Source: a candidate division WOR-3 bacterium
GTDB lineage: Bacteria; Hydrothermota; Tepidihabitantia; Tepidihabitantales; Tepidihabitantaceae
Assembly: GCA_037441285.1 (NCBI GenBank)
Contig: JBBISL010000001.1
Coordinates: 88,899 to 152,898 of the forward strand
Length of the DNA stretch: 64,000 nucleotides
Reading direction: 5' to 3'
Both the position numbers and the translations under genes were made by a program. Below, in pieces: positions 37,320-46,800 of this stretch. Numbering within the stretch: the stretch's first letter is position 1; each line of letters opens with the position of its first letter. The notes below the pieces were generated by a model. It was not told where the DNA came from. It searched no databases and saw nothing but the letters and a program-made list of their open reading frames with translations.

Positions 37320-39578
37320 TTACCGGGTAAGCACAATTCGTTCCGTGAGTATCCGCTCCGCACTCAACCGGCAGAAATAGATACCCGCTGGCACTCTGCG
37401 ACCGGTACGGTCCGTACCATTCCAGGAGACCTGATACTCTCCAGCCGCAGAAACACCGTCGACCAATCTATTGACTCTCCTGCCCAGAGCATCAAAGATT
37501 TCAAGACGAATCGGACCAGACGCACCGAGGGAATAGCGGATATTAACAACCGAACCGTTGGGATTTGCTCCTGCAATAGCAAGAGTAGTCTGGTATTTCA
37601 CTGTCGGCGCGCTGGCAATGCCGGTTCCAGTCACAACAATGTCTTCGAGTGGACCTTTATCACCCCAACCCCACGCAGCGTTGTGGCCTCGCACCCGATA
37701 CCAGTATTGACCGGTTTGGGTGACGGTGATTTCATACATCGTATCGGTAATGTTGTCTGCCACAGTCCGGCGACTGGCAAAACCGGGCACGGGCCAGACA
37801 TCGTCAATATAAACACCGGCATTGAGCGTACCATCATCAGTCATATAGCGGAACCGGATATAAACCGATTTTCCTGCCCAGGGTTCCAAAGAATAGGATT
37901 TATAGAGCCAGCCGTTTGAATTGCCGGTATAGCGGTCGTGCAACTGAATCCATTCTTTGCCTTCAAGCGAGACCTCGGTAGTCACGACATCGTAGTTGGT
38001 CTCGGTGTTGTACCAAATCCAGTAGCGCAAACTGTCGCCGGAGTGAACCGGATAAGGGTCTGCGATCATCGCATAGTTGGCAATATTGTTACCGGTACCA
38101 AGATAAACGCTGTAACTTCCTGAATGCTTCTGGGTCGTGGAAAGCGATGCCCCTTGAAATACCCAACGACTGGTGCCACTTTCAAAACCATCTTCAACAA
38201 CGGAAAGGTCACTCAACTCCTCCAGTTCCCAGCGGTCCGGATGGTTCTGTTCCGGTCTGATTGGTGTCCAGTGTACGACAAAAGTCCCGGTTGCGCTTGA
38301 ATCCATCGGTGCAAGAATTGGTCGGGGCACCATTCCTTCAAGCGCCTGAATCACCGAATCGGCGCGGCTGTACAGAAACCATAATCCCTTAAAAACTTCG
38401 CGCTGAATCGCATCTAACTCGCTTGTTGGCTGATAAAATTCCGTGCCGATTTCAAACACATAACTCATGCAAGGAAAACCGCCGATGTAATGTGCCCAGC
38501 CATACATCCAGTCAATTTCACCGCCGCTTGTCGGATAAAGCTGGCTCGATGGTTGAGGGGTATATGTACCGCCGGAAAGGCGTTGCATCTGTTGAGCAAT
38601 ACCCTGCCCCAGACTCATCAGCGTGGCGTTGTCCGGAGGTGTTTCTCCACTGCCATAGGGCCAGAGCACAAGCTCTGAATAAGAGTGTAAAGAAACCGCA
38701 CAAACAAAGGTATGCTGTTTAAAGAAAGAGTTCATCGCCGCGACCTCTTTGCCCCAGGCACCGAACCCACCCATAAAGGTTGCATCACTTGGACGATGAG
38801 AAGACACTGAACCAAAAACGAGCGAACCCCAATCGGACATCCTTGAGCCGTTGCAGGCACCGTTGTAGTTCCGATTCGGGTCCGAACCGATTGAGGAACC
38901 AAATGGTTGACGATTCTTACGCCAGGAACGCTGACCAGGATAGTCGTAAACATAGCCATCAACATTCAAAATGGGAATAACCCAAACCTGATGATTGTCA
39001 ACAAAGTTTCGGAACTCAGTATTGCTGGCGTAGTTGCGCAAAATGGTGTCGGCAAAGTAGCGCGCGGCTTGCGGACTCGCCCATTCCCGGGCATGGTGCA
39101 TCCCAACAAGCAAAACCTCTGCTTCATCCTCCTCAACCTGCGGGTTGTCTGAAATCTTTACCCCGTAAATCCATCGACCTTCGTGGGTTTGACCGATGGA
39201 GTCAAACCGGCAGATGGCTGGATAGTTTGACGCCCAGGACCGCATAATTGAAACCAGTGAATCGTAGGAGCAGTAGAATCCGAACCCCTGGGCTTGCAGT
39301 TTTTGTGCCTCAAGGTCCGGGATGATTATCTCACTTTTTAAACCGGAATTGAGCACAAGACTCAGGTCCTCTTCTTCAAGAAGCAGGTCGTAAGAAGAGC
39401 CCGGTATTGCACCGGCAATCTCAATCGATGTGCCCTTGAAGGGAATGTGTTGATAAACTGTTTGATAGTCCGGTGCCTTAACCCGAACAATCAGCTGCTT
39501 TGCCTGAACAAAACTTACCAGGGCGGTAAGGCAAAAAATAAGGCTTAAAGCCCTGCCTGTGACATAACTTTTTTTCAT
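37320..39578 (-). CDS. M14 zinc carboxypeptidase with FlgD/T9SS-like C-terminal domain
   Basis: HHAREW, NVDGY, WRKNR, DPNRNY, HSYSELVLWPY; CTD IFDALGRRV...WNGTD..GRRVPAGIYF; start ATG 39578 after AAAGGAG. Confidence 0.9.
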   Translation of the reverse strand: MKKSYVTGRALSLIFCLTALVSFVQAKQLIVRVKAPDYQTVYQHIPFKGTSIEIAGAIPGSSYDLLLEEEDLSLVLNSGLKSEIIIPDLEAQKLQAQGFGFYCSYDSLVSIMRSWASNYPAICRFDSIGQTHEGRWIYGVKISDNPQVEEDEAEVLLVGMHHAREWASPQAARYFADTILRNYASNTEFRNFVDNHQVWVIPILNVDGYVYDYPGQRSWRKNRQPFGSSIGSDPNRNYNGACNGSRMSDWGSLVFGSVSSHRPSDATFMGGFGAWGKEVAAMNSFFKQHTFVCAVSLHSYSELVLWPYGSGETPPDNATLMSLGQGIAQQMQRLSGGTYTPQPSSQLYPTSGGEIDWMYGWAHYIGGFPCMSYVFEIGTEFYQPTSELDAIQREVFKGLWFLYSRADSVIQALEGMVPRPILAPMDSSATGTFVVHWTPIRPEQNHPDRWELEELSDLSVVEDGFESGTSRWVFQGASLSTTQKHSGSYSVYLGTGNNIANYAMIADPYPVHSGDSLRYWIWYNTETNYDVVTTEVSLEGKEWIQLHDRYTGNSNGWLYKSYSLEPWAGKSVYIRFRYMTDDGTLNAGVYIDDVWPVPGFASRRTVADNITDTMYEITVTQTGQYWYRVRGHNAAWGWGDKGPLEDIVVTGTGIASAPTVKYQTTLAIAGANPNGSVVNIRYSLGASGPIRLEIFDALGRRVNRLVDGVSAAGEYQVSWNGTDRTGRRVPAGIYFCRLSAERILTERIVLTR

Positions 39579-39692
39579 CTTGACTCCTTTTCTCTTTTGG
39601 GGACCATTGGTTAACAAGCTCACCAGTCCATTACAATCTCTGCTCACCATAAAATTATAAACTATGGATTTAAACCGGTCAATTAAATCCGG

Positions 39693-40103
39693 CTACTCAT
39701 CCGGTGGCTGGCGCAACTCCTTCTTTTCGGCAACAAGATGTTTCAATCGCAAAATTTTTTCTTTTGCCCTTCGGGAACGGCGGCGCTTCTGACGCCGAAT
39801 CCGGGCAATCTCTCTTTCCCGCTCCGTTTCAATTTTCAGAATTTGTGCGGCAACCTTCTCGGCTAAAATTCGCCGCGCCAGAAACCGGTTTAACGCTTGG
39901 GAACGTTCTCTCGTAACCTTGACCTCTATTCCGGTGGGCAGATGTTTTAGATAAACTCCGGTTGCCACCTTGTTGACATTCTGGCCACCCGGTCCGCGGG
40001 AACGGACAAACCGCTCAATTAAATCTTCCTCCCGGATTCCCAGCCGTGTCATCTTTTCCGCCAGTTCCGCCTCTTTTTTCGCACTTACCCCGAACCGACT
40101 CAA
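39693..40103 (-). CDS. arfB: alternative ribosome rescue factor B (RF-1 domain peptidyl-tRNA hydrolase)
   Basis: RSRGPGGQNVNKV, ERSQALNR, basic C-terminal tail. Confidence 0.85.
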   Translation of the reverse strand: MSRFGVSAKKEAELAEKMTRLGIREEDLIERFVRSRGPGGQNVNKVATGVYLKHLPTGIEVKVTRERSQALNRFLARRILAEKVAAQILKIETEREREIARIRRQKRRRSRRAKEKILRLKHLVAEKKELRQPPDE

Positions 40104-40126
40104 ATCCGTTACCTCAACTCAAATGG

Positions 40127-42049
40127 TTAAATCGGCTCGACAATCATCAGGGGCTGACCATATTCAACCGAATCGCCATCCCTTACCAGGATTTCAACAA
40201 TCCGACACTTCTTCTCCGCCTGAATCTCATTCATCAACTTCATCGCCTCAACGATGCAGAGCGTCTGTCCCGGTTCAACAACATCACCTTTTTCCACAAA
40301 CGGCGCGGATTCGGGACGGGCACGCGAGTAAAATGTTCCGACCATCGGCGAAATAATCTCTTCGGTTTTTGCCGGCTTGGTCGGTGCCGGTTCACTGGGC
40401 ACGGTTGGTTGGGGTTCGGCAACCGGTTGTGGTGCAACCGGTTGTGGCTCTTCTTTCGCGGGTGCTGATGGCGCAGCCGCTACGGGCTGCGGTGCTGACA
40501 CCACAGGAATCTGGACCGGTGTTGCTCCACCCCGCTTAATCCGCACTTTCTCAGAACCCGACTCCCAATCCAGTTCGGTTACACTATGAGCACTTGCCAG
40601 TTCCATCAAGCTGCGCAACCTTCTGATACCCGGCTCTTCCGGCGGTTGTGGTGCGGCGGGCTTCTCTGCCTGAGGTTTTGCGGCTGCTGCCGGCTTGGGT
40701 TCTAAAGCAGGAGTTGGATTTTTCCGCCACTGGAAAAACTTCAGTGCCACCTCCGGGAAAATCGCATAGGAGATGTAATCTTCCTCCTTAACCACCAAAT
40801 CCCGGGAAAGCTCCTTCTTTGCCCGTGGCATACCCGGTTCCAGTCGGTCTGCGGGCCTTCCTTTAATCGGTTTTTCGTCCCCTAAAATTTTCTTCATCAC
40901 CGCTTCCCGGATCGGTGCTGGTGGCCTACCATAAAGACCTTTTACATAGTCCCGGACCTCTTTCGGCACAACCTTATAGCGCTCGCCGCTCAAAACATTC
41001 ATCACCGCCTGGACTCCAACAATTTGACTGGTTGGTGTCACGAGCGGTGGATAACCCAAATCTTCGCGTACCCGGGGTACCTCTTCAAGAACCTCAGGCA
41101 ACCGATGTTCTGCCTTTTGCTCCTTTAACTGAGAGAGAAGGTTTGATGCCATACCACCGGGAATCTGATGGGTAATGACCATCGAATCCATCACCTTGGT
41201 ACCGGGAATACACTTGTTGGCGGTTAGTTTTTCGAAATGCTGTTCAATCGCCTCCAGGGCTTCAATGTTGAGTTCGGTCTCCCATTGCGTCCCCTGAAAA
41301 CAGGCAAGCAGAGCCTCGACCGCCGGTTGTGAGGTAAAAAATGAAAGTGGTGCGGAGGCGGTATCGATAATGTCGGCACCGGCTTCAACCGCCTTGAAGT
41401 AGGTCGCAACCGCCATCCCGCTCGAAGAATGGCAATGCACCTGAACTTCGAGCCCGAGTTCCTGTTTAAGGGCACTGACCAGTTCAAACGTCTTAGGCGG
41501 TGACAGAATCCCCGCCATATCCTTAATGCAGATAGAGTCAATCCCCATCTCTTTCTGTTCTTTTGCCCGGGCAAGATAGTACTCTACGGTATGGACGGGA
41601 CTCACCGCATAACAAAGCGTCCCCTGAGCATGTTTTCCCGCCTTTTTGACAAACTCAATCGCCTTCTCTAAATTCCGAGCATCGTTCAATGCATCAAATA
41701 CCCGGAAGATATCAATACCCCATTCCGCGGCTTTAAAGACAAAAGCCTCAAGGACATCGTCTGGATAGTTCCGATACCCAACCACATTCTGCCCCCGTAA
41801 TAGCATTTGCAGTTTTGTGCTCTTTATCCGTTTCCGAATCTCCCGCAACCTTTCCCAGGGGTCTTCATTCAGATAACGAAGGCAAACATCAAATGTTGCT
41901 CCACCCCACATTTCCAGCGACCAGTAGCCAACCGCATCAAACTTTTCCAGAACCGGAAGCATATCTTCCAGTGTCATACGCGTTGCCCAGAGTGACTGGT
42001 GGGCATCACGCAGGGTCGTATCGGTGAATCTAATCGGTTTTTTCTCCAT
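40127..42049 (-). CDS. pyruvate/oxaloacetate carboxyltransferase (PycB/OadA type) fused to an AccB-like biotin carrier
   Basis: RDAHQSL, WGGATFD, KDMAG, HCH, GYPPLVTPTSQIVG; C-terminal SPMVGTFY...EAMKLMNEI. Confidence 0.9.
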   Translation of the reverse strand: MEKKPIRFTDTTLRDAHQSLWATRMTLEDMLPVLEKFDAVGYWSLEMWGGATFDVCLRYLNEDPWERLREIRKRIKSTKLQMLLRGQNVVGYRNYPDDVLEAFVFKAAEWGIDIFRVFDALNDARNLEKAIEFVKKAGKHAQGTLCYAVSPVHTVEYYLARAKEQKEMGIDSICIKDMAGILSPPKTFELVSALKQELGLEVQVHCHSSSGMAVATYFKAVEAGADIIDTASAPLSFFTSQPAVEALLACFQGTQWETELNIEALEAIEQHFEKLTANKCIPGTKVMDSMVITHQIPGGMASNLLSQLKEQKAEHRLPEVLEEVPRVREDLGYPPLVTPTSQIVGVQAVMNVLSGERYKVVPKEVRDYVKGLYGRPPAPIREAVMKKILGDEKPIKGRPADRLEPGMPRAKKELSRDLVVKEEDYISYAIFPEVALKFFQWRKNPTPALEPKPAAAAKPQAEKPAAPQPPEEPGIRRLRSLMELASAHSVTELDWESGSEKVRIKRGGATPVQIPVVSAPQPVAAAPSAPAKEEPQPVAPQPVAEPQPTVPSEPAPTKPAKTEEIISPMVGTFYSRARPESAPFVEKGDVVEPGQTLCIVEAMKLMNEIQAEKKCRIVEILVRDGDSVEYGQPLMIVEPI

Positions 42050-43424
42050 AATGCCTCACAATCTTTTCTGTAACCTTTTCCAGAGCCATCGCTCTTGAAC
42101 CCTTGACGAGTATTGTATCACCGGGCTGAATAAAGTCAAATAAGTCAGTGCCGACACCAGCGGCGGTCTGATAGCTTTTGATGTTCTCTAATTTTAGTCC
42201 AGCCGAAACTGCCGCCGCAGCAATAAATTGCGCCTTTTCCCCAATTACCACCAGCCGGTTGACACAACGAGCCACCTGAACACCAACCTCCCGATGTAAC
42301 TTTTCAGACTTCTCCCCCAGCTCTAACATATCAGCCAGAATTGCCACCCTTTTTCCCGGGGGCGCGATACTCTCCAGTACCGCCAGCGCTGCTGCCACTG
42401 ATTGGGGATTGGCGTTAAAACAGTCATCAATTAAAAGCACGCTGTTGAGTCTCCGAATCGCAAGCCGCTGTGGTGCCGGACAGAAATCCTTAATCGCCTC
42501 ACCGATTTCGGAAAACGAAACACCCAGCACATTAGCCGCCGCACTTGCCGCAAGCAAATTGGCGATGTTATGCTGACCTAAAACCGGAAGTTCTACCGGG
42601 TATTTACCGACAAGAAGAAAACGGGTTCCTTTCGCCCCGGTTATGGCCACATCAGTAGCATACACATCGGCTCCTCGACTAAAACCAAAAGTCAATAGTT
42701 TCAACTGTTTTTTTCTGCTGATTTGGTCTGCGATTTCCATCACCAATGGGTCATCAAAGTTCACAACCGCCACCCCATATTCCGGTAGCGCCTCAAGCAA
42801 TTCGGCCTTTTCCCGGGCAACACCGGAACGGTCCTTCATAAACTCTAAGTGGGTATCGCCGATGTTGGTAACCAACCCGATTTCCGGCTGGCACACCTTT
42901 GCCAGCCGCAAGGTGCCGCCCAATTCATTCATCTCAATCTCGAAGATGGCAACATCAGTTCTCGAATCCATCGCCATTACCGTCAACGGCACGCCGATCT
43001 CATTGTTGTAACTCGCCGGTGCCTTCACCACAGAAAATCGAGACTCAAGTATCTTTGCCAGCATCTCCTTTGTAGTCGTTTTGCCGTTCGAGCCGGTTAT
43101 TGCCACCACACGAACCTTTAACTGTTTCCGATACCATTGAGCCAGAGAAAGCAGTGCCTCTCTGGAATCCGGCACCGCAATGGTAACACCCTTATGCTTG
43201 GGCGCCGGTCCCTTTTCCACCATAACCGCCGCCGCGCCCTTAGAGAACGCTTCTTCTACAAACTGATGGCCATCGAACCGCTTGCCTCTGACCGCAATAA
43301 AAAGTTCACCCGGTTTTATGGTACGGCTGTCAATCGAAACTCCGGTCACAACCAGTGCTGCATTTTCTGCCACTAAAGAACCACCGGTCACCTCCGCAAT
43401 CTGGTTAATCTTTAATGGTTCCAT
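42030..43424 (-). CDS. murF: UDP-MurNAc-tripeptide--D-Ala-D-Ala ligase
   Basis: IDSR, DGHQF, ITGSNGKTTTKE, NNEIGVP, NANP, DMLELG, VKGSR. Confidence 0.96.
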   Translation of the reverse strand: MEPLKINQIAEVTGGSLVAENAALVVTGVSIDSRTIKPGELFIAVRGKRFDGHQFVEEAFSKGAAAVMVEKGPAPKHKGVTIAVPDSREALLSLAQWYRKQLKVRVVAITGSNGKTTTKEMLAKILESRFSVVKAPASYNNEIGVPLTVMAMDSRTDVAIFEIEMNELGGTLRLAKVCQPEIGLVTNIGDTHLEFMKDRSGVAREKAELLEALPEYGVAVVNFDDPLVMEIADQISRKKQLKLLTFGFSRGADVYATDVAITGAKGTRFLLVGKYPVELPVLGQHNIANLLAASAAANVLGVSFSEIGEAIKDFCPAPQRLAIRRLNSVLLIDDCFNANPQSVAAALAVLESIAPPGKRVAILADMLELGEKSEKLHREVGVQVARCVNRLVVIGEKAQFIAAAAVSAGLKLENIKSYQTAAGVGTDLFDFIQPGDTILVKGSRAMALEKVTEKIVRHYGEKTD

Positions 43425-43426
43425 AA

Positions 43427-44449
43427 TTAAATAATCAGCATCGCATCCCCGAAACTGTAGAATCGGAATCGGTGATTAATTGCGTACTCGTATGCTTTCA
43501 TTATCATTTCCCGGCTGGCAAACGCCGATACCAGAAGTAGCAAGGTCGATTTTGGCAGGTGGAAGTTGGTAACCATTGCACCGGTGACCTTCCATTCAAA
43601 ACCTGGATAAATGTAAAGGTTGGTTTCACCCTTTCCGGGCTTCACCGCCACTTTTCCATTGTGCCTCTCTGCCTGACTTTCGAGCACCCGCACCGTAGTT
43701 GTACCAACACAGACCACGCGCCTCTGTTCGCTTAATGCCCGATTGATGCGTGCCGCCGCCGTCTCAGAAATCTCAAACTCCTCAGGGTGCATTTGGTGCT
43801 TTTCCACCTCAGTTGCTTTGACAGGACGAAAAGTCCCCAAACTGGCATGTAATGTAACTACAGCAACTTCCAGCCCTTTTGCACAAAGACTCTTAACAAG
43901 TTCCGGGGTAAAGTGCAAACCCGCTGTTGGTGCGGCAACCGCACCAGGTACCCGGGCGAAAATAGTTTGGTACCGTTCCGGGTCAGGGCACTTCTCTTTA
44001 ATGTATGGTGGCAATGCAACCTCACCACTTTTTTGTAACAATAGGCTGATGTCCTCGGGCTCAAATCGCACCACCCTTACCCCTTCTGGCTTTCTCTCGA
44101 CAATTTCTGCCTGAAAACCATCAAACTCAATCACCGTTCCAATTCGGGCTTTTCGCGCCGGTCGGCTCAAAACCTCCCAGACCCCATACTGAATCTGTCG
44201 CAAGAGGAGAAGTTCCATCTTACCTCCGGTTGACAGTCTACCGAAGATGCGCGCCGGTATCACCCGGGTATCGTTAAAAACCAGTACATCGCCTGGCATA
44301 AGCCAGTTGCCAATCTGGTTAAAACGGGCTCCGACCAATGCGCCTGTTTTCCGGTCCAGCACCAGAAGCCTTGATGCATCACGGGGTTCAACCGGAGTCT
44401 GGGCAATCAACTCCGCAGGTAGATTGTAATCAAACTCTTCAATACGCAT
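43427..44449 (-). CDS. queA: SAM:tRNA ribosyltransferase-isomerase
   Basis: FDYNLPAELIAQ, LPPYI, YQTIFA, AAPTAGLHFT, VGTT, TNFHLPKSTL, FYSFGDAM. Confidence 0.97.
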   Translation of the reverse strand: MRIEEFDYNLPAELIAQTPVEPRDASRLLVLDRKTGALVGARFNQIGNWLMPGDVLVFNDTRVIPARIFGRLSTGGKMELLLLRQIQYGVWEVLSRPARKARIGTVIEFDGFQAEIVERKPEGVRVVRFEPEDISLLLQKSGEVALPPYIKEKCPDPERYQTIFARVPGAVAAPTAGLHFTPELVKSLCAKGLEVAVVTLHASLGTFRPVKATEVEKHQMHPEEFEISETAAARINRALSEQRRVVCVGTTTVRVLESQAERHNGKVAVKPGKGETNLYIYPGFEWKVTGAMVTNFHLPKSTLLLLVSAFASREMIMKAYEYAINHRFRFYSFGDAMLII

Positions 44450-45334
44450 TCAGTCCAGTTCTTTGCCCGTGAGTATCCGGTACGCTTCTCGATAACGGGC
44501 AGTGGTCCCGGCAATTACCTCGGGTGGCAAATGGGGTGCCGGTGGCTGCCGATTCCAGCCTTTTGAATTCAAATAGTCCCGGACAAACTGCTTGTCAAAA
44601 CTGGGGGGTGAAATCCCTAATCGGTACTCCTTTTCCGCCCAGAAACGGGATGAGTCCGGAGTTAGTACCTCGTCTATCAACATCAATTTACCATCGTAAA
44701 TTCCAAACTCAAACTTGGTATCAGCAATGATAATTCCCCTTTGCCGGGCATATTCACTTGCCGTCTCGTAAATCTCGATTGATATGCGGCGCACCTTCTG
44801 GGCAAGTTCATCACCCACCAATTGTTTCATCTCCTCAAAAGAGATGTTTTCATCGTGTCCAGTCTGACTTTTGGTCGCCGGCGTAAAAATCGGCTCTGGC
44901 AGCTGCTCCGCCTGTTGCAATCCCTTTGGCAGTTTTATCCCGCACACCGTGCCGGTCTTCTGATAGTCATTCCAACCACTGCCGGCAAGATAACCCCGCA
45001 CAACACACTCAACTGGCAACGGCTTTGCCTGATACACGAGCATCGCCCGGTCTTTTATTATCTCCTGGTAGGGCAACAGTACTGCCGGAAACTCATCAAC
45101 CCTGGCGGTGATAAGCTGGTTGGGAACAAGATTGGAAAACTTGTCAAACCAGAAAACCGAAAGCAGGTTCAACACCCTGCCCTTATCAGGAATCCCGTCC
45201 GGTAGAACAACATCAAAGGCGCTCAAACGGTCAGTCGCCACGATTAAAAGATGTTCTCCCACCTGGTAGATGTCACGCACCTTTCCCTGTGCGACCATTT
45301 TTATTCCTTTTAAATCGGTCTGGGTAATAACCAT
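44450..45334 (-). CDS. purC: SAICAR synthetase
   Basis: GKVRDIY, TDRLSAFD, ECVVRGY, DTKFEFG, DEVLTPDSSRFW, DKQFVRD. Confidence 0.97.
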   Translation of the reverse strand: MVITQTDLKGIKMVAQGKVRDIYQVGEHLLIVATDRLSAFDVVLPDGIPDKGRVLNLLSVFWFDKFSNLVPNQLITARVDEFPAVLLPYQEIIKDRAMLVYQAKPLPVECVVRGYLAGSGWNDYQKTGTVCGIKLPKGLQQAEQLPEPIFTPATKSQTGHDENISFEEMKQLVGDELAQKVRRISIEIYETASEYARQRGIIIADTKFEFGIYDGKLMLIDEVLTPDSSRFWAEKEYRLGISPPSFDKQFVRDYLNSKGWNRQPPAPHLPPEVIAGTTARYREAYRILTGKELD

Positions 45335-45367
45335 ATTTTCCTCTTTCTTTTCAGTTAAAGGTCAAAA

Positions 45368-46012
45368 CTACTTCTTGTAACCAACCGGCATAATGTAAAG
45401 TGGCTCAAATTTAGTTCCCAGAACCTTCTTAACGCCAGAATCGTTAAATGCACCAATCATGACCGTTCCCATACCCAGCGCCTCGCACTGCAAGTGCACA
45501 TTCTGGCCAATATGTCCTGCCTCCATATGCACATACCTTATCCCCCGTTCTCCGTAGCGGCTAGTTGTCCGTGCGTAATCGGCACACAATACAATAACCG
45601 CCGGTGCGTTTTTTATGCTCGACTGTCCCAGTGCCGCATTTGCCAGGTCCTCCCGAAGGTCACCAGACTTAACCAACTTCACAGCGTGTTCTTCAACCAG
45701 ATATTGATAAACCCCGGAATCCAACCCGTTGACTTTGCCTGCAACCAGGTAAACTTCCATCGGATAGGTTGCACCAGCTGAAGGCGCGGTCCGGCCGTAA
45801 CTTTTTCCTGTTTTACCCTGTGCCGCCCAGAGCAATTGACCAACTTCCGACAAACTTAAATCCCGGTCAGCGTAAGCGCGCACCGAACGCCGGCGAAAGA
45901 GCGTCTTTTCTAAGGTTATCTTTCCTACCGTATCAGGTGCTGGTAGTTTGATTGCCGAATCAAGCACGCCCGTCCCCCCGAAGACAAACAGGCTCAAAAG
46001 CAGAACAAACAT
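45368..46012 (-). CDS. SagB/ThcOx-type nitroreductase
   Basis: RRSVR, LLWAAQG, RTAPSAGATYP, EAGHIGQN. Confidence 0.88.
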   Translation of the reverse strand: MFVLLLSLFVFGGTGVLDSAIKLPAPDTVGKITLEKTLFRRRSVRAYADRDLSLSEVGQLLWAAQGKTGKSYGRTAPSAGATYPMEVYLVAGKVNGLDSGVYQYLVEEHAVKLVKSGDLREDLANAALGQSSIKNAPAVIVLCADYARTTSRYGERGIRYVHMEAGHIGQNVHLQCEALGMGTVMIGAFNDSGVKKVLGTKFEPLYIMPVGYKK

Positions 46013-46054
46013 CTTTGCCTCCTGTGATGTTTATCTTGCTGTTCAATCGTTGCC

Positions 46055-46552
46055 TTACCGCAACTCTTGGTCTTTTTCTTTTACTTCCTGTACCTGACTC
46101 TCACGAAACCGCTCTAATTTTACCCGCAACCCCTCATCCTCCAGCGCCAGTATCGCCACTGCAAAAAGTGCCGCATTAGCCGCTCCCGACTTCCCGATTG
46201 CCATACACGCAACCGGCACACCTTTGGGCATCTGGACGGTAGAAAGTAGCGCATCAACACCCGCCAGTCCAGCATCAAGTGGCACACCGATAACCGGCAA
46301 TGTTGTCCAGGAAGCAATCACACCAGCAAGATGTGCCGCTTTTCCGGCACCGGCAATTATCACCTTAATCCCCCGGTTTACCGCATTTACCGCAAACTCC
46401 TGACACAATGCTGGTGTCCGATGGGCTGATATTACCCGTACCTCATTTGCGACCTCGAACTCATCCAAAACCTTTTTCGCATCTTTCATCGTATCGTAAT
46501 CTTTGTCGCTACCCATTACGATTGAAACAATCGGTTTACTCTTTTCACCCAT
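46055..46552 (-). CDS. purE: N5-CAIR mutase
   Basis: MGSDKD, SAHRTP, AGAGKAAHLAG, PVIGVP, VQMPKGVPVA; ATG 46552 lies 5 nt after TGaTATTAT. Confidence 0.97.
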   Translation of the reverse strand: MGEKSKPIVSIVMGSDKDYDTMKDAKKVLDEFEVANEVRVISAHRTPALCQEFAVNAVNRGIKVIIAGAGKAAHLAGVIASWTTLPVIGVPLDAGLAGVDALLSTVQMPKGVPVACMAIGKSGAANAALFAVAILALEDEGLRVKLERFRESQVQEVKEKDQELR

Positions 46553-46621
46553 ACCAAATAATATCAAATTATTAAATTCTGTCCAATCCCGATTTTTTCT
46601 GAATTAAACACAATTAAAAAC

Positions 46622-46760
46622 AGAACTCGACTGGGAAAAGCCACCCGAGAGTGACTCACCAATTCAATCAGGGAACCGCTCCCTGAACGGCTTGGTAAGT
46701 AACTTACCGAATAAATTGGGGAATCCTTTCCCGGAGGCTCTTTAATCCTGATCATGCTCT
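46622..46760 (-). ncRNA. putative structured non-coding RNA or hairpin element, unclassified
   Basis: Long rod pairing with many G-U pairs on the minus strand, two apical hairpins, followed by a U tract. Confidence 0.45.
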
Positions 46761-46800
46761 CAACATCTTGTAAATTTCCGGTTTCCCATTAAAATAAATT

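Noticed and set aside
45368..46012. RiPP (azole) biosynthesis cluster implied by a SagB-like gene
   Set aside because: No YcaO, precursor peptide or transporter nearby; a stand-alone nitroreductase between purE and purC
46564..46755. 63-aa ORF upstream of purE, or a known purine/PRPP/ZTP riboswitch
   Set aside because: No RBS or recognisable protein features; no consensus of those riboswitches found; purE has its own proximal promoter
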